Origin: Candidatus Latescibacterota bacterium
Lineage (GTDB): Bacteria; Latescibacterota; UBA2968; UBA8231
NCBI GenBank assembly: GCA_022827835.1
Contig: JAJEIO010000032.1
Location: 117,748 to 181,747 of the forward strand
Length of the DNA: 64,000 bases
Reading direction: 5' to 3'
A program made the translations under genes and the position numbers. Numbering within the stretch: position 1 is the first letter of the stretch; every line of letters starts with the position of its first letter. Positions 54,778 through 63,125 of this stretch are shown one piece after another. The notes under the pieces are model-generated. The model was given only the letters and a program-made list of their open reading frames with translations, was not told the DNA's origin and did not search any database.

Positions 54778-56333
54778 TCGGCCAAGCCCTGATAGAGGGC
54801 ACTAATTTCCGCGGTGGTTAGTACGCGGTCGTAGAGCCGCGCGTCGTCTAAGGTCCCGGTGAAGAAGAAGTCCGTTTCGTCGAGGTTTTTCGCACCAATG
54901 TAGATGGGCTGATCGGGCGAGATTTTGACCGCGCTCTGCTTCTGCTCTTGCAATACGCCATTGACGAAGAGCCGGTGATAATCTCCGTCGAAGACGGCTG
55001 CGAAATGGTACCAGTGCCCTTGGCGCAAAAGGAGCTTGGCGTGGAGGTCGTCGTCGCGCATCCGGTGCCAGGTGACTCGCCGTCCTCGGGTACTGAGTTG
55101 GAACACGCGCACTCCGCCGCCGTCGTCCTGCGCCCAGATGCAATTGTTCCACCAGTAAGGGCGCGTTTCGATCTCGTCGTACTTGGCCCAGATTGAGACG
55201 CTGAAGGGGCCATCGAGCAAAAAGCCTTCGATATCGACGACGGCTTTGCCGTCGAAGTAACCGGCACCGTCTTTGTCGCCGGCGCGGTCCTCGGTGAAGA
55301 CTACTTTGACGTTTTTGAGCGGGCGCTGATGCGGGCTGGTGTCGCGAATCTCGCCGTCGAATAGGACTTCAAGGAGTAAGTCCTCGCGGCCCGGCGGGTT
55401 TGGCTCGGGCAGCCCTGCACCGGGATCGGCTGCCTCATCTCCCCAGCGCACCTCCACGTCATACCAGTCGGCCCCGCTGTCCTGGTCGGCGAAGACGATG
55501 CTTAGGGTGTCGCCGGGCGCTTGGGGTTCCCGCTCTAACTGCGCGACATCGCGCGCATTGTGTTTGACTAGGTGGTACTGCGCGTCGGAAGGCCATGCGA
55601 CCTTGTCAGCAAAATACACCTTGCGGGTCTTGTCGCCCTGCCAGATGGGTTGCCAGCGCACTCCATTGACCTCGACGGGCGAAAAGCCGTCGCCGTCCTC
55701 GTGCCGCCCGGGCAGGGCACCGTAGCTGTGCTCGACCCACAGCCCTTCGCTGTCTGCAAATACCTCGTCGCCGCCATCGACGAAGATGCGGACGCGAAGC
55801 TGCTCGCCGCGTGGTTCGACGGAGACTGTCTTGTATTCCTCGGCAGGTACTTGGTGGAGGACGCCGGCGATTTTCCAGCCGTCGTCCGTCCGGTCGAGCA
55901 AATAGGCGTTGTATTGCTCGTCGCCGACGGGGCCGGACACTCCCACCAAGTGCTCCTGCGTGATGGCCATCGCTCGGTTGCCCCACAGGAGGATGTCGAA
56001 AAACTCGGCCTTTTTGATGTACTGGTGGATTTCCGGGTCGTAGTCCCAGGCGTCGCCGCCGGTCCACTCGACGACGATCCCGTCGAGGAACTCCTCGCGG
56101 GACTGGACCTTGCGCAAAAGCCAGGTCTGCGGCTCTTGGCGACTGCGCATGTCGAGCTCGACGACGCTCTCGCCGATCAGGTCTTCGGCGACGACGAAGT
56201 CCTGCTGGTTCCACGCCTCGTAGAAGCGCTGTACTACATCTTGTATCTGCTGGATGTCAGGGCGTTCGTCGCCAAAGGCGAGGGCCGGATGCAACAGGCA
56301 CAGAGCTAGTAAGACATTTGCTACAGAGTTCAT
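54774..56333 (-). CDS. Secreted protein with NTF2/SnoaL-like N-terminal domain and C-terminal LamG domain
   Basis: Signal MNSVANVLLALCLLHPALAFG. VVQRFYEAWNQQDF (SnoaL-like). C-terminal FSVSIWAKY...GHWYHFAAVFDGDYHRLFVNGVL...FTGTLDDARLYDRVLT (LamG). Confidence 0.65.
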   Translation of the reverse strand: MNSVANVLLALCLLHPALAFGDERPDIQQIQDVVQRFYEAWNQQDFVVAEDLIGESVVELDMRSRQEPQTWLLRKVQSREEFLDGIVVEWTGGDAWDYDPEIHQYIKKAEFFDILLWGNRAMAITQEHLVGVSGPVGDEQYNAYLLDRTDDGWKIAGVLHQVPAEEYKTVSVEPRGEQLRVRIFVDGGDEVFADSEGLWVEHSYGALPGRHEDGDGFSPVEVNGVRWQPIWQGDKTRKVYFADKVAWPSDAQYHLVKHNARDVAQLEREPQAPGDTLSIVFADQDSGADWYDVEVRWGDEAADPGAGLPEPNPPGREDLLLEVLFDGEIRDTSPHQRPLKNVKVVFTEDRAGDKDGAGYFDGKAVVDIEGFLLDGPFSVSIWAKYDEIETRPYWWNNCIWAQDDGGGVRVFQLSTRGRRVTWHRMRDDDLHAKLLLRQGHWYHFAAVFDGDYHRLFVNGVLQEQKQSAVKISPDQPIYIGAKNLDETDFFFTGTLDDARLYDRVLTTAEISALYQGLAE

Positions 56334-56441
56334 ATTTCCCCTCGAAGACTGAACGGTTGTTCACTACAGAACTAAAGCACGAGGGGCAATTGAACAGTGT
56401 CAATGCGCTTAATTGTCTGGGTGCGGGACTAGGCACTCTGT

Positions 56442-56505
56442 CCGCGTATCATCGCCAAGAACCGCTGGGCATTCCCGGCAAAGTGATCTTCAATTTCCGC
56501 GGGCG
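56442..56505. repeat. Direct repeat, distal copy (pseudo 3' end of the amidohydrolase gene)
   Basis: ccgcgtatcatcgccaagaaccgctgggcattcccggcaaagtgatcttcaatttccgcgggcg. The minus-strand translation is PAEIEDHFAGNAQRFLAMIRGQSA*. Confidence 0.9.
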
Positions 56506-56527
56506 GATGGGGACTAGGGCAATCCCT

Positions 56528-57772
56528 CTACGGCTTGCCGATCAGGACGATCCGATTGGTGTTGGTGCCTTTTTTGCGGTTGTCCACGCCCCAGCAGTTT
56601 GCGGTCTTGGTGAACATTTGATCGTTGACCAAGACCATCAGCGGCTTGAGGCCAGCCTCCGTGGCCGCGGGCACGACGAGGGTTTCCAGTAGGATTTTGC
56701 CATTGCGGACCTCGCCCACCTCAAAGGCAACAAAGCCCCCGCTTGCGAGGATCCGGTGCAACTCTCGGAAGGTGCAGGTCATCGCTGCTTGCCAGTCCGC
56801 TGGTTTTTTTAATTGCCATATAGCCACCTCTTTGGCATCGATGCCGTTAAACCAGCAGCGCAGCCAGTTGTCTGCTTGGTAGTTGACGATGTCCAAAAAG
56901 GGCGGCGAGGTAACGGCGAGTTGGATGGATTCGCTGACGATGGCGGAGGTATTGTCAGACGAGCCGGTTACGAGCAGGGGGGTATTCGCCGTCAGCGTTT
57001 CCAGCTCGCGTGCTTGCAGCTTGCTCAGTAAGGATTTCGTCTTGCGGAGGATGATGGCCTTTATGTCGCGTTCAGGCGGTACTTGAGCGCGTTTTTGGTT
57101 GATGCGTTTTTGCGACTCAATGGACACCGCCTGATTAGGCGGCAGCGTATATACGGAGAAAAATCCCGGCGAGTGCCCGGTCAGGCGGTTGGTCGCCACC
57201 ATCTGAATCCACGCATCAACGCGGTCGAGTGGCCCTTCTTGGCGGCGTGTGAGGAGGTAGGAGCGCAGGTTGACGATTTGGCGAAGCGTATTGGGGTGAT
57301 AAAAGACGAGGAGATCGTCCCAGACCTCGCTCGATTTGTCGAGGTCCAGCGCCGTCAAGCGCGTTTCTACTTCGTTCCATGTGGGTGGATCTAGGCGAGG
57401 GCGGACTAGGCGCTCGCTGAGGGGGTTTATGTCGCAGCCGATGGGGCGGCGGCCTAACAGCGCTGCTTCGAGGACCGTGGTGCCGCGCCCCATGAACGGG
57501 TCGTACACTGCGTCGCCGGGTTGCGTCAGGCGGCTGATGAAAAACCTCGGCAATTGCGGCTTGAAACAGGCGCGATAGGAGACCTCGTGGAGCGAGTGGG
57601 CGGCGCGCTGCTTGGCGGTCCAAAACTCGTTGACGTACACCGGAATGGAAACGGTCGGATCGGGAAAGTCGAGGATGTTTGTCTCTTTGCCAAAATCCAC
57701 AAAGGCTTGGATTTCGTCGGCGAATTCGCTGGCGTTTAGAGGTTTATTCCTCGCCAACGCACTAGCTCCCAC
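56528..57772 (-). CDS. Site-specific DNA methyltransferase (N4-C or N6-A; motif I before motif IV), apparently orphan
   Basis: AVYDPFMGRGTTVLEAALLGRRPIGCDINP (AdoMet motif I) at about residue 90 and VTSPPFLDIVNY (catalytic SPPF) at about residue 293. GTG start at 57772 overlaps the amidohydrolase stop. The exact start is uncertain. Confidence 0.8.
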   Translation of the reverse strand: MGASALARNKPLNASEFADEIQAFVDFGKETNILDFPDPTVSIPVYVNEFWTAKQRAAHSLHEVSYRACFKPQLPRFFISRLTQPGDAVYDPFMGRGTTVLEAALLGRRPIGCDINPLSERLVRPRLDPPTWNEVETRLTALDLDKSSEVWDDLLVFYHPNTLRQIVNLRSYLLTRRQEGPLDRVDAWIQMVATNRLTGHSPGFFSVYTLPPNQAVSIESQKRINQKRAQVPPERDIKAIILRKTKSLLSKLQARELETLTANTPLLVTGSSDNTSAIVSESIQLAVTSPPFLDIVNYQADNWLRCWFNGIDAKEVAIWQLKKPADWQAAMTCTFRELHRILASGGFVAFEVGEVRNGKILLETLVVPAATEAGLKPLMVLVNDQMFTKTANCWGVDNRKKGTNTNRIVLIGKP

Positions 57773-58754
57773 CGCGCATCATCGCCAAAAACCGCTGGGC
57801 ATTTCCGGCAAAGTGATCTTCGATTTCCGCAGGCGTTAGTTGTAGCATCTCGGCTACTTGCCGCTCTTGGCGCAGTTGCTCGTAGATGACGAGCGTGGCC
57901 CGGGAATCGCAGTGCGGCGTGCCGGCCTCGTCACCAGGATAAAACAGCCAGGCGCGGCCATAGGTGATGTACTTGCCGCGTGCACAGCCGGCGACCACGT
58001 TGTCCGACCCGAACATCACCCGCTTGCGGTCTTCGTGTTTCATCAGCAGGTAGTGCGCATATAAGTCGTTCACTGCCGAGGTGTCGTACCATATATTCGG
58101 CAGGTCGCACAGGAAGTGGACGGCTTCTTCCATCATAAAGGAATTGAACGAGCGGGCGCAGTGGGCCAAAATCCACTGTGCGTTGGGGTATTCGCGGGTG
58201 TAGCGCGCTAAGTCGCGCTGGTTATCTGGGTCGGCGGGGCCGGTGGGTTTGGCGAGGTGCATGGTGATGGCCAGCTTCTTGTGGTGGGCGACTTCGATGA
58301 GGGATTCCGGGAGGAAGTCGCAGATGCGGGCGCCGACCGGGTCTGGGGCAAAGGTGCGGTAGGGTTTGAGGCCGAGGAAGCCGTACTCATCGACTTGGGC
58401 CGCTACGTATTCGGGCGTCATGTCCGGGGTGACCATCATGTTGATCGCGGATTCGGGGTCGGCGGCAAGTTCGGCCGCCATCCAGGCGTTGTGTCCGGCG
58501 GCGTCCATGCCCGGCATTGGAGTGCCCAAGACCAGCATGTGGAAGGCGCGGCCCGGGTAGAGTTTGGCCGCCCAGTCGAGGTGGTCCTGGTAGTCGATCT
58601 CCTCGCGCAGGCCGGTAGGCGCGCCCGTGAGGGAGCCTCGGTGGGCCTCAGACCACATGTGCGTGTGCATGTCGTAAACCGTGGCGGGGACGAAGTCTTC
58701 GAGTTCTCGTTCCCAGAGTTGGCGGTCGAAGTCTTCATAGGTGAAAGTAGTCAT
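57762..58754 (-). CDS. Amidohydrolase_2 family metal-dependent hydrolase
   Basis: VYDMHTHMW (HxH), ITMHLAKP, ILAHCARSF, MFGSDN. Confidence 0.75.
   Translation of the reverse strand: MTTFTYEDFDRQLWERELEDFVPATVYDMHTHMWSEAHRGSLTGAPTGLREEIDYQDHLDWAAKLYPGRAFHMLVLGTPMPGMDAAGHNAWMAAELAADPESAINMMVTPDMTPEYVAAQVDEYGFLGLKPYRTFAPDPVGARICDFLPESLIEVAHHKKLAITMHLAKPTGPADPDNQRDLARYTREYPNAQWILAHCARSFNSFMMEEAVHFLCDLPNIWYDTSAVNDLYAHYLLMKHEDRKRVMFGSDNVVAGCARGKYITYGRAWLFYPGDEAGTPHCDSRATLVIYEQLRQERQVAEMLQLTPAEIEDHFAGNAQRFLAMMRGGS
57772..57835. repeat. Direct repeat, proximal copy (true 3' end of the amidohydrolase gene)
   Basis: ccgcgcatcatcgccaaaaaccgctgggcatttccggcaaagtgatcttcgatttccgcaggcg. It encodes PAEIEDHFAGNAQRFLAMMRGGS*. 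Confidence 0.9.
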
Positions 58755-58832
58755 GGCGTTGTGCTCCCAAGCGGCGCGTTTGACAGAAAATGGCAGGCAA
58801 CCTAGTGTTGCCCCAAAAGGAGGAAATCCGAG

Positions 58833-59720
58833 ATGAACAAGGAAAAGATAGTACCCGAACTAGTCGTGGAAAAGGACGCGCTCATCGGCGAAGGGGCCGT
58901 TTGGGATGCGGACGACGAGTTGTTGTACTGGGTCGATATCCTCGGCCACGAGGTCTATGTGTACGATCCGGTGAGCGGAATCAACCGCACTATCCCCACG
59001 TGCCAAGCCGTGGGCACGGTGGTCAAGCGGCAAAGCGGCGGCCTCGTCGTGGCCCTGCACAATGGCTTTGCCCACATCGACTTGCGGACGGAGCGCATGG
59101 TGCCCCTCGGCGAAGACCCGGAGTGTGAGGTCCCCGCCAACCGCTTCAACGACGGCAAGTGTGACCCGGCTGGGCGGCTGTGGGCGGGGACGATGGAGTT
59201 TGGGGGTGCCCGGGATCAAGGCGCGCTCTACTGTCTCGATGTGGATCACTCCGTCAGTAGGAAGGTAGAGTCGGTCAGCGTGTCCAACGGCATCGTCTGG
59301 AGCTCCGATCAGCGGACTATGTACTTCATTGATTCTGGCTTGAACAACGTGCGTGCGTACGATTACTGCCGCGACAGTGGGGACATCAGTAACGAGCGCG
59401 TGGTGGTGGAGTACGGAGGACCGGGGGTGTTAGACGGCATGGCCATCGACGAGGAAGACGCTTTGTGGATCGCCGTGTTCGGAGGGTGGTGCGTCCTGTG
59501 TTACGACCCCCGCTCTGGGGAGTTGCTGCGCCACTTGGAACTGCCCATGTCCAATGTGACCTCGTGTGCCTTTGGCGGCGCGGAGCTGGACCAGCTTTAC
59601 ATCACTTCGGCTTGTCGGGGTTTGGATGCTGAGGCGCGGCAGGCTCAGCCTTTGGCCGGTTCGCTAGTGCGGGTTGATCCGGGCGTGCGCGGCGTACCCT
59701 CGGATGCGTTTGCCGGCTAG
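58833..59720 (+). CDS. SMP-30/gluconolactonase/LRE-like (regucalcin family) lactonase
   Basis: GEGAVWDADDELLYWVDI, RFNDGKCDPAGRLWAGTM, SNGIVWSSDQRTMYFIDS, DGMAIDEEDALWIA, LYITSA. Confidence 0.88.
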   Translation: MNKEKIVPELVVEKDALIGEGAVWDADDELLYWVDILGHEVYVYDPVSGINRTIPTCQAVGTVVKRQSGGLVVALHNGFAHIDLRTERMVPLGEDPECEVPANRFNDGKCDPAGRLWAGTMEFGGARDQGALYCLDVDHSVSRKVESVSVSNGIVWSSDQRTMYFIDSGLNNVRAYDYCRDSGDISNERVVVEYGGPGVLDGMAIDEEDALWIAVFGGWCVLCYDPRSGELLRHLELPMSNVTSCAFGGAELDQLYITSACRGLDAEARQAQPLAGSLVRVDPGVRGVPSDAFAG

Positions 59721-60505
59721 ATGGCGATGGCGCGCATCTCGTCCGACCAGTCGCGCCACATGTCTTTTTGCGGTGGCTCCTGCTGAGTCTGTTCGATGTC
59801 CTTTTTGAGAAAATCGTAGAGCACGGCTTGGCGCAGTTGGCGCGAGGTGTTCGGGCTGGCCATGTGGCCGAGACGGTGGTGCCAGAAGACGATGTCGCCG
59901 GCTTGGCCGTGGGTATCGACGGGCGTGCGCTGGTTGAACTCGGTGCGCACTTTTTCGTAGGCGGCTTCGTCTTGGTCGCGGAGGTACTGCGAGGTGAAAG
60001 TCGGGTAGAAGGAACGGTGGCTTTCGGGCCAGACCATGAAGCTGCCGCCGTTGGGCGGCACGTCGTCGATGTAGCCGACTACGCCGAGGTGGAAGGGGTG
60101 GCCGTCGGTGTGGCAGCCTAGGGTTTGGGGCGGGTGATCGCCGTAGGGCAGGGTGCAGTAGATGCCGCGAATGCGCTCGGGCTGGACGAGCTGGCCCTTG
60201 CCGAGCATTTGTTCAGCCATGGCCCACACCTTGGGATCGGTGGCCAGCAGGCGCACCATCCACTCCTCGCCGCCCGGCTCGCGGAAGTTCCAGCGAAAGC
60301 CGCGGCGGTGGTTGGCACCGTCGGGGTTTTCTTCGTCTTCGCGGAAGGGACCAACCCAAGTGTCGGGGTCGTTGCGGTGGCGGCTCGGGGGTGCGCCGTC
60401 CCACAGCCGAGTGCGGGCGCGCTCCATGAGCGCGGGGTCGAGTACGCCTCGTTTGATGAGGTAGCCGTTGCGCTTGAAGAAGCGCATTTCGTCGGTCGTC
60501 AGCAT
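59717..60505 (-). CDS. PhyH family Fe(II)/2OG dioxygenase
   Basis: FFKRNGYLIKRGVL, GCHTDGHPF (HxD), VWPESHRSF, WHHRLGHM. Confidence 0.75.
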   Translation of the reverse strand: MLTTDEMRFFKRNGYLIKRGVLDPALMERARTRLWDGAPPSRHRNDPDTWVGPFREDEENPDGANHRRGFRWNFREPGGEEWMVRLLATDPKVWAMAEQMLGKGQLVQPERIRGIYCTLPYGDHPPQTLGCHTDGHPFHLGVVGYIDDVPPNGGSFMVWPESHRSFYPTFTSQYLRDQDEAAYEKVRTEFNQRTPVDTHGQAGDIVFWHHRLGHMASPNTSRQLRQAVLYDFLKKDIEQTQQEPPQKDMWRDWSDEMRAIAI

Positions 60506-60720
60506 GTTTTACCTGTTAAAGTTTGCTTGAGCAGGATAGGCAAAGAGCGCGTTCTATGTCGAGTATATCTCTTCTAATATCTTCCCTCAAGCTCGCCAGA
60601 CAAAGGGGCTTGATCATGCCCGCCAGAGTAGCCTGCAATTTTCTTCCAGCCGATAGCCCTGCTTATCTTGCATCAACAGCGTATATTTTTGTTTCCTAAA
60701 GCAAGGAGAGCACGCCACCC

Positions 60721-61602
60721 GTGATCTTAACCCTGCCAACAGATAAGCTGACGCCGCGCACAGCCGATGAATTCCTCGTAGAATTTCTCGACTACGCGCA
60801 CGGAGCCGTGCCGGGGCAACCCTTGGAGGTTGATCTACGGCCCCTGCACTTTATTGATCCCTACGGCTTGGTGGCCTTGTGCTTGCTGGCGCGCTACGGG
60901 GACGCGCTCTCGTCGCGGGTCGTCTTTCACCTGCCTCATGCCTTTGCATTGCGGACCTATCTGGGACGGGTGCGGTTCGCCGCGGCCGTGGAGGGGGTTG
61001 AACTGGTTGGGCCGGCGCTCATCGTGGATCAGGAGCGGGAAAAGGAAGAGAGCGAGGCCCTGCTGGAAATCACGCGGATTGAGGAGCGGGCGGATATTGA
61101 GACCGTGTTGGGCAAGATCGGTCAGCGCGTCGAGGCGATTCTGGCCGAGGAATTGCGCTACACCGAGGTGGAGATCAATCAGTTTAAAAACGTCGTCGCC
61201 GAATTGTGCCATAACATTCTCGACCACAGCGAGAATTGGGGCTACCTCACGGCCCAGCGCTACTTGGACTCGCGGGCGGGGAAAAAATACGTGGTCATCG
61301 GCGTGGGGGATCTCGGCATCGGGATCAAAAAGAGTCTATCGGTGCGCTATGACGCGGCGGACTGGTCGCATGGCACGGCTATCCTCAACTCGTTGCAGAA
61401 GCACTTTTCCCGCGACGCCACGCGCGGTCTCGGGCTGTACATCGTCAACCAGATTTGCAATCGCTATAATGGCTCGTTGCACATCCGCTCGGGAGATACG
61501 CGGGTCTATATTCGCGGCCAGCGGCACTGGGAACACGCTTCGGTCCACTTTCCCGGCACCCAAATTGCCATTGCGCTCTATCAGCGCGAAGGAGGCGAGT
61601 AG
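60721..61602 (+). CDS. GHKL-fold (HATPase_c, SpoIIAB/RsbW-like) ATP-binding protein with N-terminal STAS-like segment
   Basis: GTG start with AAGGAG upstream. LEVDLRPLHFIDPYGLVALCLLARYG at the N-terminus. N-box VAELCHNILDHS, G1 GVGDLGIGI, G2 TRGLGLYIVNQI. Confidence 0.7.
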   Translation: MILTLPTDKLTPRTADEFLVEFLDYAHGAVPGQPLEVDLRPLHFIDPYGLVALCLLARYGDALSSRVVFHLPHAFALRTYLGRVRFAAAVEGVELVGPALIVDQEREKEESEALLEITRIEERADIETVLGKIGQRVEAILAEELRYTEVEINQFKNVVAELCHNILDHSENWGYLTAQRYLDSRAGKKYVVIGVGDLGIGIKKSLSVRYDAADWSHGTAILNSLQKHFSRDATRGLGLYIVNQICNRYNGSLHIRSGDTRVYIRGQRHWEHASVHFPGTQIAIALYQREGGE

Positions 61603-61605
61603 GCG

Positions 61606-61740
61606 ATGTTCGGTCAGCATCACAGGCCCCCCAAACCGCCCCGCTACGAGCCTTGGTTGCTGTTGGCCCTAGCGGTGGTCATTGCCGGCCTCGGCGTGGT
61701 CGCATACGTAGCCGTGAGCTTCTTATTTCCCGGCCTCTAG
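61606..61740 (+). CDS. Possible 44-aa single-pass membrane micro-protein
   Basis: Hand-translated: MFGQHHRPPKPPRYEPWLLLALAVVIAGLGVVAYVAVSFLFPGL*. It starts 4 nt after the upstream stop, with GGAGG 10 nt upstream. Below the ORF-track size cutoff. Confidence 0.35.
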   Translation: MFGQHHRPPKPPRYEPWLLLALAVVIAGLGVVAYVAVSFLFPGL

Positions 61741-61797
61741 CCCCATCATATTGGTATTCGTCTAATTCCGCATCGCTCATTTTGTGGTAGAAATTGC

Positions 61798-61826
61798 TTG
61801 ACAGTCGGGAAATCTCCGCGTAAGTT
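61798..61826 (+). promoter_or_regulatory. Sigma70-like promoter candidate upstream of the DUF4325-wHTH gene
   Basis: TTGACA, 17 nt, then TAAGTT. It is followed by the TTAA-rich inverted repeat AGTTAA-N8-TTAACT (61842-61861). Confidence 0.25.
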
Positions 61827-61879
61827 TCCTTAATTGAATACAGTTAAGCTATTTTTTAACTACAGGAAAGGCGCGGCTC

Positions 61880-62470
61880 ATGGATACAGCCGTTGAAGAG
61901 CACGTACAGCAGCAGGCCATACACCAAGCCCCCGCATACCTGTTTTCCGGCGAACAGGGCATCCTCAGCGGACGGCCCCGAGGGGCCGAGTTGCTTGAAG
62001 AATTGATGCAGCACCTGCTCAGCGGTCCAACCGACGCGGCCACACCGCTCGACTTCTCCCGCGTTTCGTTCATGGATGTCTCGTGCGCCGATGAGATGCT
62101 CAACAAGCTGCTCTTGCGCCTGACCAGTGGTGAGATAGGGCATCGCTACGTCTATATCGCTGAGGCCAATATCTCGGTGCGCGAGACTATCGCGGCCGTG
62201 CTGCAACTGCGCGAGTTGGCCGCGCTGTACAAAGACGGTGATCGCGTCGAGGTGCTCGGGGTACTCAAGACGCCGATGCGCGAGGCGCTCGACGTGCTGC
62301 TGGCGCATAAGTGCGCGACCTCGGCCGAGATTTCCGACGCGCTTGGCAAAAACATCAACATCGTCTGCAATCGCCTCAACGCCCTGCAACGCCTCGGGTT
62401 GGTGTGCCGCCTGCGCGATGGGTCGGTCGTCGGTGGTGGGCGGCAATTCTACTATGTCTCGATTGTCTAA
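61880..62470 (+). CDS. STAS-like (DUF4325) domain protein with C-terminal winged-helix DNA-binding domain
   Basis: PLDFSRVSFMDVSCADEMLNKLLLRL (the DUF4325 hallmark). C-terminal CATSAEISDALGKNINIVCNRLNALQRLGLVCR (wHTH). Confidence 0.65.
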   Translation: MDTAVEEHVQQQAIHQAPAYLFSGEQGILSGRPRGAELLEELMQHLLSGPTDAATPLDFSRVSFMDVSCADEMLNKLLLRLTSGEIGHRYVYIAEANISVRETIAAVLQLRELAALYKDGDRVEVLGVLKTPMREALDVLLAHKCATSAEISDALGKNINIVCNRLNALQRLGLVCRLRDGSVVGGGRQFYYVSIV

Positions 62471-63125
62471 ATACTCCCTAGCATCGGCCTTAGCCGCTGC
62501 CTTGGCCTTGGGAGCCGTGGCGGCCAAGCTGCGTAGCGACCACACCTTCGTCGTCGAGGCCAGCGTGGAGAACTTTCGCGATGCGCCTAACGGCACCAAG
62601 CTGGGCACTTTGCTGGCTGGTACGGAGATCGAGTCCATTGGCGAGGAGGGCCGATGGGTGCGCTTCCGCGTCGAAGGCTGGGTCTGGGGGCCTTCCTTAG
62701 AAGGCTATGTCTCCGAGGAGGAGCGCGATGAGCTGGAGGAGGAGCCGATCCCGCCGCTCCAAGACGAGCGACCCCGGATCAAGGAACTGGTCAACGACCG
62801 CTATGGGGTGTTCTATGGGGTTGGGTTGGACGAGGATATTGGCCGGCTGTGGCTGCGGTTCCGCGTCCGCGACATCGAGCGCGAGGCGTGGGAGCGGCGC
62901 GCATTTGCCGTACAGCGCGGCGCGTTTGAGCTGTTGCAGGGCCGCGTCGAGTTCAGCGAAATCCGCATTGAGACCAACCGGCCCGACGGCAGCGGCGAGG
63001 TAGGCCAGTACATCGCCGCGACCGCGGCTGCCGACTTGGCTGATGCCGGTGAGGATTGGGCAGTGTGGCGGCAGCATACGCGCTTTTCGATTGATGGGGG
63101 CGAAACGTGGGAAGAGGCCGAATAA
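62454..63125 (+). CDS. Signal-anchored/exported protein with SH3b-like domain
   Basis: ATG 62454 lies within ORF 62238..63125 and gives MSRLSKYSLASALAAALALGAVAA. VEASVENFRDAPNGTKLGTLLAGTEIESIGEEGRWVRFRVEGWVW is SH3b-like. Overlaps the upstream gene by 17 nt. Confidence 0.55.
   Translation: MSRLSKYSLASALAAALALGAVAAKLRSDHTFVVEASVENFRDAPNGTKLGTLLAGTEIESIGEEGRWVRFRVEGWVWGPSLEGYVSEEERDELEEEPIPPLQDERPRIKELVNDRYGVFYGVGLDEDIGRLWLRFRVRDIEREAWERRAFAVQRGAFELLQGRVEFSEIRIETNRPDGSGEVGQYIAATAAADLADAGEDWAVWRQHTRFSIDGGETWEEAE

Larger units (their letters stand above)
56429..57835 (-). mobile_element. Putative integrated methyltransferase cassette bounded by imperfect direct repeats
   Basis: 64-bp direct repeats at 56442-56505 and 57772-57835 (5 mismatches) enclose only the methyltransferase ORF. 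The distal copy is a spare 3' end of the amidohydrolase gene with its own stop (56429-56431). No recombinase is present. Confidence 0.45.
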
